DNA of 64,000 nucleotides from Azolla caroliniana. Taxonomy: Eukaryota; Plantae; Polypodiophyta. The position numbers and the translations under genes were made by a program. Every line of letters begins with the position of its first letter. Within the stretch, counting starts at the first letter, position 1. The notes under the pieces are model-generated. The model did no database searches and was not told where the DNA came from. It saw only the letters and a program-made list of their open reading frames with translations. The DNA is taken from the NCBI GenBank assembly GCA_043228905.1, contig JBHGNT010000021.1, positions 4,588,001 through 4,652,000 of the forward strand. Direction: 5' to 3'. Shown here one piece after another: positions 52,901-64,000 of the stretch.

Positions 52901-54773
52901 TCTCCCGAGAAGGTAAGCCGCACGTCTTTGAGCCTCTGTAGTATCTTTTTGCAGTCGGCAATGTGGTTCGTGAAAAACCTTCGGCACCCGCCCGTGCCGA
53001 TCAACTCATCCTTGATGTCCTCTGGACATCCCTTGATAGCGATGTTGTCCAAGAAAGGCATGGTGATGTCCGGAATGCAGTCCCTCAGAACTCTGTTCAT
53101 AGCATTCACCATGTGTGCAACCGAGTTGGTTCCTCCTTGTGGTAAGGTGCACATCCGAACTAGACCGAGAGGGGTTCGCATTGTCGTGATGTCCCTGCTT
53201 TCTCGTCGTCCATGGCTATCTCATGGAGGAGTGCCGCCCTTACCTCAACCGGCTTCTCGGGCTCCGGTTCCGTTGCGAGACGCTTCCTCTTCACGAGGTC
53301 CACGATGCTATCGTGGAACTCCCTTCTTGCTATGCCGAGCACTTCCCTAAGCGTGAGTTCTATGTAACTGTCGAGAACTCGCTCCTCTAGAACCTTTTGT
53401 AGGTTCGTTGTTTTCTCTATCTCCGAGCTTAAGCGGAAGCTTGGAATCCCGACTATGTTCGTCGGGGGTGGGCCTAGCTCAAGCCACCTCCTCGTTTCTT
53501 CCATTTGGGTTGGCATTGGTTCGGCCCGGATTTTAACAGCCGGTCCGAACGACGAGGACCCCTTTTCTTTCCAGTCCCGGTGTTTCTCAATCCTACTGCA
53601 TACTTCCTTGATAGTCGCCTAGTCAGTCGTGACACCTTGGTTGGTTTCCAGAAGAAGACCCACGCTTTCCCGGACGCGTGAGTCGAACGAACTGACAAAA
53701 AATAGAACCTTGCTCGTTTCGAGCACGGTTCGGTCCAACCTAGAGAGTCGTGCGAACGGTGACTCGAACTCCTGGACGAGCGCAGAAGCGTTCCCAGTCC
53801 ATAAAATCCTTTCTCGATAACTGGAGCGAATCATCGTAGTTGTACCTCTCAAGAACTTCCTCTACGAACTCCGCCCAATCGTGACAGCCCGCTTGTATCT
53901 CGATCATCTCTGTATGGATGTGTGGGGTTACGTCCCGGGGAAACCTCGTTAGCCATCTATCTTTGGGTATGTTCCTCATTTGCATTTCAGATTCATAGGC
54001 CTCTAAGTAGCTCGTGGTGTCCTTTCCGCCGAACCGGCCTATCTTGCCGACTGTTGCCTCTATGGCCCGGTCGAGGGTACTCACGCCCTCGCAAGCACTA
54101 ACCAGGCGGTCTACTGCCACCGCCATCGCTTTTGCAAGTTCGCTTCCTCTCATCTCCAGATTCCTTTGCCGCCCTTCTTCACGTCGGGTTCACCAAATAT
54201 GTCGAGGTTATCCTCGCGGATGCGTAGAAGTCGGGCAAGAGCACAGGGGTCTCGAACCAAGGAATCAAGAAAGCGAGGAGGGAGGAGTTTGGGGATCGCG
54301 TAGGTCTTGAGAACACGGGAGAGTGGGTAAGTTGAGTGAACGAGAGAGAGTAAGAGAGTCACGCGTAGACACAGACACTGACAAAGTCACTGAGAACAAA
54401 GTATGTTAGGTAGAAAGAGTTCTATTAAACCACAGGTGCACATTGGTGTGAGCGGTTACAGCTGGATCAGAGCCGGTGATGGAGCGCGGAACTTTGGCAA
54501 ATAGCCAAGTACAAAGAGACGTCGGTGCGCAGAAGGTCAATCCCCAGGTCGGGAGCACTCGAGCGTCTGACGAGAGTAGGGGAAGCGCCTTCTTCCTCGG
54601 TTAGTCCTCAGTCGTTCTCTGTGTATCCTTTTTTCTAGATGGCATTCCGAAAACAGTCAAAGGTCGCCCCTTTTATATCACAAGGAGCGACCATTACAAG
54701 CATTCATGACCCATTACTTTTTCGTCCTAGATTCTCTCCTCGTAACTCTCCCTAATAATGCGATGTCTATATC
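49964..54773 (-). mobile_element. C: internally deleted Gypsy element of the tRNA-Trp lineage
   Basis: 3' LTR 49964-50689; 5' LTR 54200-54773 interrupted by Copia G; PBS 54178-54195; gag ATG 54153; gag fused to mid-RT at ~53200 (protease and frameshift region lost); outer flank ACGT at 49960-49963. Confidence 0.9.
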
Positions 54774-57700
54774 TGTTAGGAAATAGGTCTCTCCAGATGG
54801 GAAGTGAGAAGAACAGTGTTGATGAGCAAACTCGGCCGAGGCCGGTAGGCCGAATCGTGGCGAAATCATCAGTGGCCATATCATCAGCGGAGTACCCGGC
54901 AACGGAAGACCCGGTGAGAACAGGATGTGGAGGACCCGTCAACGAAAGACCCGGTGAGAACCGGATGACGAGTACTCGACAACGGAAGACCCGGTGAGAA
55001 TCGGATGATGAGTGCCCGGCAAGAACCGGATGGTGAAGGCCCGGTGAGAAGTGCTCACCGGATGAAGGGACATTTTTCTTAAATATGTTTCTGAGAGTCC
55101 ATCGGGGCTATATTTGTAAATAGTCGAAAAAGTCATATTAGTATAAATATGACTTAGGGCAAACTTAGTGTAGAGTTGTTGTCATTCTTGTTGGTGCAAG
55201 ATTTGAATGCAACCGTGTACAGAGAGAGAGTGAGAGACGAAGAGGACGTTGTCTCTGTTGTAACCGCCGCCTATGGCGAAGACAGTGAACAAGAGGTCGT
55301 TGCCTCTGTGTTCATCTATTGTATATTGTAACATAGTGATAGTTTGCAGTCTATGGACTGCCGTGGTTTTTCCTGTGTTTGGGTTTTCCACGTAAACATC
55401 CTGTGTACTGTGTCTTGCGTACATTACCTGTTTTCTGTGTTTGATCCTAGACTCGGTTGTGGCCGAGCGTTATCTTCGGGAGCGTGTAGTCCTTTTAAAG
55501 TGGTATCAGAGCAAAACGACATAGAGAAATGGACGACTCGCTGGGAGGCATGTTCAAGCTCACCGGCTCCAACTATTTGGTGTGGAAGTCGAAGATGAGG
55601 GACATGCTCGTGGTTAAAGATCTTTGGTTGCCGGTTTAGTTCGGGGACAAGAGACCAGACAAAATCGACGCCACGATATGGGAGGTGATGCACATGAAGA
55701 CAACGACGTACATACGGTGCTTCATTGACATGAGTCTATACAACAACTTCAATGAAGAGAGCAAGGCTCATGAGCTCTGGGAGAAGATTAGCATTATGTT
55801 TCAAAACAAAAATGCTGTTAATCAGGTTTCGGTATTTTCGAAGCTAGTAAGACTCCGGTACCAAGATGGCTCTAGCATGGCGGAGCACATGAATGTCTTC
55901 CAGGGGCTGATCCACCAGGCAACATCATTGGAAGTACCTCTCGCCGATGAGGTACTAGTGCTACTCCTGCTCGGTTACCTCTCGGATAGCTGGGAGATGT
56001 TGGTTGTCACTTTGGGCAACGCCGGGCCGGAAGGGAAATGGTTATCCCTAGCAAGAGTGAAGTCGAGCTTGCTAGATGAGGAGGCGCGTCGGAAAGATAA
56101 GGATACGAGCTCTGACTTCAAAGCACTCCTTACCGAATCGGAACGCGGAAGACAAAGGAACTGTAGTTCCCAGAACCGGGAGAAGTCGGGGACACGGTCA
56201 AAGTCAAGGGGGAGGCCTACCTGCTTCTATTGCGGCAAGCCGGGACACTTCCAGAAGATTTGTCAGCACTTCCGAAAAGACAAGGAAACCGACGGTACCG
56301 ATTCGAAGCGGACACCAGACCGGAACGGTAAAGATCGGAGGGGGCCCGACCGGAAGGGAACGACGGCAATCGCGGCAAGTGAAGAAGAGTTGATGCTCAT
56401 CACCGAGGAGAGTGAGCTAAACCTTGCCGACGACGAGATGACCTGGGTGGTCGACTTCGGAGCGTCGTTCCACCTTACCCTGGACCGGAAATGCTTCTCA
56501 TCCTACTCAGCCTATGATCACGGCTGTGTCCGGATGGGGAATGAAGGTACATGCCGAATTGTCGGCATAGGAGACGTGTGGTTGACAACGCCAACCGGAT
56601 GCAAGCTGCTGCTGAAGGATGTCCGACACGTTTCGGAGGTTCGGCTGAACCTGATATCAGTCGGTCGGCTAGATGATGAAGGCTACACGGGTAGCATCCG
56701 GAACGGTGTTATGAAGTTCAACAAAGGGAGCTTGATTGTGGCTCGGGCCCGGATGGTCAACACGCTGTACCTGATGAATGCCCGGATATGTTCGGAGGAA
56801 GTGAACGTGGCATTTGACACTGCAAGTGAGCTATGCCACAAAAGGCTGTATCACATGAGCGAGAAGGGGATGAAGAGGCTTGCAGATGACAACCTCATTC
56901 CAGTGAAGAAGTGCACTTGGAGAAGTGCACTGATTGTCTGGCCGGTAAACAAAACTGGACCTCCTTCCGATCGAGGCCACCGATGAGACGTAATGCACCA
57001 CTGGAGTTGGTGCATATTGATGTATGTCAAGTGGACACGAAGTCACATGCCGGATTGCAGTACTTCGTGACGTTCATAGATGACCACAACCGGAAGCTGT
57101 GGGTCACACCATTGAAGACGAAGGAGAAGGATCAGGTGGTATCCGTCTTCAAAAGAGCTCCACGCGAGAGAGAAAAGAGAAACCGGCCGGAAGCTGAAGG
57201 CGGTTCGAGCAGATAACGGAGGAGAATACCGGGGGCAGTTCGAGGAGTACTACCGCTCGAAGGGAATTTGGCTCGAATTTACCGTGCCGAAGACGCCGGA
57301 ACTAAACGGGCTGGCCAAGAGGATGAACCGGACCATAATGGAGAGGGTCCGGATTATGCTGGCGCTTGCAAAACTATCCAAGAAGTTTTGGGCTGAGGCA
57401 CTGTCGACGGCGACATATGTGATAAACAGATTACCATCAGTACCCTTGGACGGAGACACGCCACAGACAGTCTGGACCGGTAAGGAAGTATCCTACCGGC
57501 ATCTGAAGGTATTCGGGTGTCTTGCGTATGTGCATGTAGCTAAGGACTGGAGAGGAAAACTAGATCCGAAGACCCGGCCATGCATATTCCTCGGTTACGG
57601 CGACGATCAGTTCGGCTACCAAGTGTGGGACCTGGTCGACAAGAAGGTATTCCAGAGTCGAGATATTATCTTCATGGAGGCCAAGACACTCACCAACTGG

Positions 57701-58779
57701 GAGTCGGAGAAGAAGATAATGAACTCCGAGTCGATCGGTAAGGATCTATTCTACGATGAGCAGACCCAACCGGCAAGAGACCGGTTAGCACTCGAGGAAC
57801 TAGCCGGTTACGGTGAGGATACCGAACCGGCAGAAGAAGAAGTAGAGGAAGCTGAAACCTGAACCGACCAAGACTCCGAATCGGATTCGGATGAAGAGCA
57901 AATGGAGGAGCCGGTTATCGAAGCCCAAAGACGGAGATATCCTCTCAGAGACAGAAGGGTCCCCCGGAGATTTCCGGATGTAGAGCATGTGCTGCTAACC
58001 GATGAGGGGGAGCCAGAAAGCTTTGAAGAAGCGAAGGATGACACCCACAACCGCAAATGGTTAACTGCCATGCAGGATGAGATGGATTCCCTACATGAGA
58101 ACCATACGTACGAATTGGTGGAGTTGTCGAAAGGAAAGCGGGCACTCCGAAACAAGTGGGTGTACAAGTTGAAACCTGGAGATGCCGACAACCCCCTGAG
58201 ATACAAAGCCAGGATCGTGGTGAAGGGGTTCCAGCAGAAGAAGGGCGTGGACTTCGACGAGATATTTGCCCCGGTAGTAAAGATGACCTCCATCTGGACG
58301 GTGCTGAGTATAGTGGCAAGCATGGACCTCGAGGTAGAGCAGCTGGATGTGAAGACAACATTCCTTCATGGTGACCTCGAAGAGGAGATCTACATGTAGC
58401 AACCGGAAGGATTCGTGGAGATAGGGAAGGAGCACCTGGTTTCCCGGTTGAAGAAGAGCCTGTACGGACTGAAGCAGGCTCCCCAACAATGGTACCGGAA
58501 GTTTGACTCCTTCATGGCCGATCAAGGGTACCACAAGACGTAGGCCGATCACTGTGTGTTTGTGAAGAAGTTCGAAGGAGGCGACTTCCTGATACTCCTT
58601 CTGTACATGGACGACATGTTGATCGTCGGACGGAACCAAGATAGAATACGGATGCTGAAGAAGGCTCTCAACCGAACTTTCACAAAGAAAGACTTGGGTC
58701 CGGCAAGACAGATGCTGGGGATGCATATCATCCGGAACCGGCCAACGAAGCAACTGTGGCTGTCACAGGAGAAATACGT
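54774..58779 (+). mobile_element. G: Copia element (Tnt1/Tork-like), 5' LTR plus gag-PR-INT-RT, interrupted by D
   Basis: LTR 54774-~55498 with ~40-bp internal repeats; PBS TGGTATCAGAGC (tRNA-iMet) 55501-55512; CFYCGKPGHFQKIC, WVVDFGASFH, integrase LVHID..FIDDH..ELNG, RT WVYKLK..YKARIV..LLYMDDML. Confidence 0.92.
55529..58779 (+). pseudogene. Copia G gag-pol polyprotein remnant
   Basis: Begins MDDSLGGMFKLTGSNY; ORF pieces 55685-56986, 56911-57216, 57284-57862, 57902-58399 and 58556-58779 are separated by stops or frameshifts. Confidence 0.88.
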
Positions 58780-61700
58780 TGTCGTGAAGAAAACCGGCCA
58801 TAGGCGGAATCGGAGAGAAAGCGCATAAACCGGCCCTTACACGGATGAATGCGTGACTTGGTATTTTGTACACGAATCAGTGGGGATAAATACTAAGCTG
58901 CACGCATTTATTAGGGGGGGGATTGTGCGTATCCCTGTCAGAGGGACAGGGAATAAAGGGAATAGGACAAGAGAAAAGGGGTATCGCGCGCGAGGGAGGA
59001 GGAGGTGTTGTTGCAGATCTGGGTGCCAAGCCTCTCTCTTCTCCTCCGTCCGTCGTTCTCTGCGGGTGTCGGGAGTTCGCTACCTCTACTTCGGGGGCAG
59101 CCCATGTGCTTCCAGCAGAGTCTCTCCTTTTCCCCCTTTTGTTTCTTGGAGTTGTGTGAGTGTCGTCGGTGTGCGTGAGTAGGGTCCCTGTATCGGGTCC
59201 GTCACCGCCTTGTCGGTTGTAACCGTCGGAGTTTGTAATCTCTTGTCATTGTAATTAAGTGTTACGTTCTATATCTCTCCTTCTCGCTTCTACGTGTCTG
59301 TGAATCTCTTTCCCTGTCTCTCTCTCTATCTCGCTCCTCGGTCCAAGACCCCCGTGGTCCCGCCCCTTTCTACACGTACGCGCGTAACAACGCGACATAT
59401 TTGGTGAACCCGACGTGAAAGGGCGGCAAAGGAGTCGAAAGATGAGGGGATCAGAGCTAGTAGAGGCAATGGCGGTGGCCGTCGACCGGCTGGTGAGCGC
59501 TCGCGAGGGAACGGGTACCCTTGACAGAGCCATCGAATCGATCGTCGGCTCTATAGGCCGTTTCGGAGGGAAAGACGCCACAAGTTATTTGGAGGCTTAC
59601 AGGGCCGAAATGATCATGAGGTATATCCTGGTGGACAGACGGCTGTCCAAATTCCCTCAGGTGGTGACGCCGAGCATCCATGTGGAGGTGCTCGAGGTGC
59701 TGGCCAGATGCCAGACTTGGGAGGAGTTCGAGCTGCAGCTCCGCGAGAAGTATGGGTTTGACGACTCGCTCTGGCTGTCGAGGCGAGGGTGGAAAGCCCC
59801 GGAAAAGGGAGGAACACGTCGGTGCTCCTCCAGGAGTTCGAAAAACGGTTCGCGCGGCTGTCGACGCTGGACTGGACGGTGCTCAAAACAGGTCAAGTAC
59901 TGTTGTTTGTCAAGTCGGTGGATGCGCTCGACAGGGAAAAGGTGGGTCCCTATTGGAAACGGACGAAGGGCTCACGACGGACTGGGCTGTGGTAAAATGG
60001 GTCTGCAGCCGTTTCGACAAACGACGCGATTGGAGCGACGGAAGCACGTCGTGGTCGGGGCCGGTCCTGGGGAGGAGGCTCGAGGAGCCGGTTTAGGTGC
60101 CGGCTAGGAGGAAGGAAGAGACCTGAATCTGGCCGGAGTCGGGGTCGGCATCGAACGACGTGGTCAGAGGCCCATCCAGAGGAGCGGCTCTGGAGGAGCT
60201 AACACAGATGGTGCGCGACCTGCAGATCACACAGGCCTGAAGAGACGGCGGTGAACAACCTCGCGACTGGAGGCCGCCAGCTGGGCAGCGGTGCATGTGG
60301 TGTGACGCGATCAGTCACATTCGGAAGGATTGCGCGGATTTCGCTGATGCGCTCAGGACCAACGTGGTGTACCTCTGGAACGGGCGGGTGCATGCGAGCG
60401 AGACCTGGAGAGCCCTGGAACTGAATACGGGGCGCGGCGGAATGAAGAGGTTGATGGAAGAGGCCGCGACACGACACGTCGAAGCTGTTAACTACTCAGT
60501 GTCGGCGGGAATTCGGGTCGGGGGTGATGAGACCCGGAAGGCGAAGGACTCCGGATTTTGGCCGCTAGTGCTAGAAGGCGATCCGGTCGAAGAGAAAACG
60601 GTGTTCGTAGAAGCCGCTTGCCAGAACTACGAGGTTCTGGTGGAGGACAAACGGGCAGGAAAGGTCGGAGGGGTTGGTCCTTCGAGGTATGAGACCCGGT
60701 TCGGACCGAAATCGACCGGTGCCGACAACCCAGGTGTGCCGGATGGGAAGAAGTAGGAGGGGTTTCGGTTGAGCACCGAAATCGAGAGAGCAACGGACCT
60801 ACGGAAGGTCCTTGAAGAGCGAATCCTCGACAGTAAAGTGGAGCTGTCGTTGCAGGAGGTGCTGGGAATCGCCAAGAGGGAGTTCCTCGACTCTATCCTA
60901 GACTTGGTGAAGCGGAACAGGCTCTCGACGGAGCCGGAACCGGAGAAGCCGGTGGAAGTGCGGACCATGCACCTGGAAGACGGAGCCCTGGAAGATGAGC
61001 TGGCGGGAAGCCACTACACGAAGCCGCATTGGGCCTGGGCGACTATGGAAACCCCTGTACGGATCGACAACGTTCTGGAACCGATGGTGGCGTTGGTAGA
61101 CCATGGATCCGAAATCAACCTGATGTCCATGGATTTCTACAAGAAGGGTAAATGGCCGATCAACACCAAGCATGGCTGGAAGATACGAGCAGCGACGCGC
61201 ACCACAGAAGAATTACATGGGGCCTGTCCGAATGTACGGTTGAAAATCGGCGATGTCGAGATCGACCAACACTTCTTCGTGCAAGAGACATCCTCGCATC
61301 CGGTTATACTAGGAGAGCCATATATCACAGCGGCACAGATGGAGACCAAGGTGTTGGACAACGGTTCAGCCTATGCAAGAGTCAAGAGCCAAGGTGCTGG
61401 ACGGGCATCACTCGGTCCAGTTCCTAACGGTGCGACCAAACCACAAGCGTAACCGCGAGGCCCTCGGGAGCGAAACCCGAGGGGATTTTTAGAGAGGGCT
61501 ATCAAGGCGTGGGGCCGCGATAGTCCGGACACCCGGGAAGAACCCCACAAATGTATAGTACGGAAGAAGACCTGTACCATAGGTAGGAAATTTTGGTTCT
61601 CCAACAGCGGAGGTTGTACTATAACCGACGTCAGCGGCAGGGAGAGGAAGCGAGCGGAGGAGCGGCTCAGGGGATGCGGAGTCCTCTTCCCCGACGAGGA

Positions 61701-64000
61701 CATTAGCGGCGCCGTGGAGGCGGTCGCTTTTGATGACACCTTGGGCGAACTACGAAAGGTGATCGGTGAAGACCTTAGGGAAGACTGGACCGTTCCAATA
61801 GGGTCAATGGGCATGTACGAAGTCATCGCAGACATCGCAGACATCGGGGAAAGGATCGGGTCGGATCGGACGGCCCGCATGGATACGAAATACACGACTG
61901 TGGACCGGAAGGTGAGGCCAGTTGCGACACCCTTGCCGGAGGGCAGCGAGGAGCGGATAAAAGGGGTCGCGTCGGACCCAAGTTTACGAAATCCGGCTGG
62001 CATAGGGCACCGGTTCACCGACATAATGCTACGGGAGCTCAAGGTCGGTGGGGACGGTTTTCTACTACCGGCGGAGGAGGACCGGTTTCGGAGGATGCTC
62101 GGGAGGCACGGGAAGGCTTTCGCATTCTCACCGGAGGAGATCAGGTGCGTAGACCCGACAATTGTCGAACCGATGGTGATCTTCACGGCACGACATGTAC
62201 CGTGGAATCTCAAGCCGATTCCGGTACCGAGAGCTCACATCCCGAAGTTGATGGAGCTCCTGAAGCAAAAGGTGGAGATGGGCATCCTCGAACCATCGAG
62301 TGCCCCGTATTCGAATCGGTGGTTTAAGGTGCCGAAGAAGAACAGCACGTTGCACTTCATTCAGGACCTACAACCGGTCAACAAGGTGACCATCCGTAAT
62401 GCAGGGATCAGACCGACCATAGACGAGTTCGCGGAGGCCTTCGCTGGAAGGTTGATCTATTCTGTTGGTGATTTGTACTCGGGGTTCAATCAGTTCCAAC
62501 TAGCCATGGAAAGCAGAGACATTACGACGATGCGGACTCCTCTCGGCCTAATGCGGATGTGTACCTTGCCACAAGGAGGGACGAACTCAGTGGCTCACAT
62601 GGTGAATGCGATGAACAAAGTGCTCAGGGATTGTATCCCGGACATCACCATGCCATTCTTGGACGACATCCCGATCAGGGGATGCCCGGTGGAGAAAAGG
62701 GACGAGGCAATCGGGCCGGACGGATGTCGGAACTTCGTGGCGTCCCACATCGATGACTGCGAGAAGGTGATGCGGAGACTAGAACGCGCAAGGCTCACCT
62801 TCTCTGAGGAAAAGTCGGCCTTCGGACAGTCGGAGATCTTGGTGGTCGGACACCTGTGTGGGCGTTATGGTAAGAAACCGTCTTTGGCAAAGGTAGAGGC
62901 CATCTCCGCGATGAGGAACAATTGCGGGTCGGTCACGGAGGTCCGTAGATTCTTGGTGGCATGCGCGTTCTACCACATCTGGATCCCGCACTACGCACAT
63001 GTCGCGGAACCCCTCTACGGACTATTGAAAAAGGGGCATAGCTTTGAGTGGAGGACGGAGCACACGGAGTCGGTTCGGAGACTAAAGGAGGCGCTTACGA
63101 CAGCGCCGGGTCTCCGTAAAGCGGTTTACGGCAAGGATGTTCCCATCTGCGTAACGGTGGACACCAGACCGATCGGGATCGGGTGGGTAATCAGTCAGGA
63201 GGACAAGGGCGGCGTACGATTCCCGATCCGGTTCAGGGCAAAGTTATTGAGCGAGTGACAGCGAGGGTACACCCAAGTTAAGCGCGAACTTTGGGGTGTC
63301 GTTTCGGCAGTCAAGGCCGACAAGGATTATCTGATCGGGACAAAGGTGATCATCGAGACGGACTGCCTGCCGATACTCGGCATGGTTTCCGGATGCGCGA
63401 CGCCGGACCTAGCAATGCTCCAATGGATAGCGTACATTAAGTCCCTGAACCCGGAGATACGACACATCTCCGGAAAGGACAATGCCATGGCCGACATGCT
63501 TTCGAGGGCAAGGTTCAACGACGAAGACGGCATGGTTTCGGATGACGAAGAAGTCGGCGAGGACTTCTTCGGGTCAGCTAACGTAGCGACGGGGAAAGGG
63601 AACACTCCGGAGCTTAGCGAATTTGACGAAAGCAGATACGACGGGGAGTGGCTCCAAATCGGGAGGTTCCTACGGACGATGACGCCGGACGCAGCATGGG
63701 CGAGAGAGGAGGCGAGCCGGATACAGACGAAGGCGTACCGATTCTTCCTGCGGGACGGGTGCATATGGAGGCACCCAAAGAAGAGAAGTGGCATTCCACT
63801 CCGAGTAGTGGCAAAGAAAGAAGAACAGGGGAAACTACTGGCTGCATTTCACGTGAGCCCCTGGGCCGGACACAACGGAATGTGGGCCACTTTTGGGAAG
63901 CTGAAGGAGAAGTACTGGTGGCCGGGGCTGTACCAGGATGTGCATCGGTTCGTAACGACTTGCAAAAGCTGTCAGATGCACTCCATAGTCCGACACCGGG
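58780..64000 (+). mobile_element. D: Gypsy element of the tRNA-Trp lineage, runs off the window end
   Basis: 5' LTR 58780-59397 (TGTCGTGAAGAAAACC...CGACA) preceded by ACGT; PBS 59402-59419; gag ATG 59442; protease ALVDHGSEIN; slippery site 61483-61489; RT/RNase H ORF 61714-63258 with FLDD; integrase HHCC at the end. Confidence 0.93.

Overview
Eukaryotic plant-type DNA, most likely from a non-seed land plant such as a fern; this is inferred only from the retroelement lineages present. The first ~17.8 kb is AT-rich. It holds one intact 9-exon minus-strand cytochrome P450 gene of the CYP90B/DWF4 type (6964-11215, 510 aa after splicing), a hAT-type MITE, two 5'-truncated LINE tails and microsatellites. 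From ~17.8 kb to the window end is a deeply nested LTR-retrotransposon island: three self-priming Tcn1/Tf1-like chromovirus copies (T1, T2, T3), three Copia elements (F, G, H) plus a G-like LTR remnant, a solo LTR, an RTE-like LINE fragment, and five members (A-E) of a non-chromoviral Gypsy lineage. The four copies of that lineage with a readable primer site (A-D) are primed by tRNA-Trp. Best observations: (1) A, B, C and D all sit at an ACGT target (4-bp TSD proven for A), and all five copies lie inside Copia elements; (2) this lineage encodes Gag-protease followed by a -1 frameshift at G_GAU_UUU-UAG with a covarying stem, and its protease reads D-H-G; (3) all three chromovirus LTRs carry a U3-end arm complementary to the (predicted) self-primer, and two also carry an antisense tRNA-like A/B-box module; (4) the three chromoviruses share a covarying -1 frameshift stem/pseudoknot. 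All coordinates and pairings were read by eye; no database search or folding program was run.
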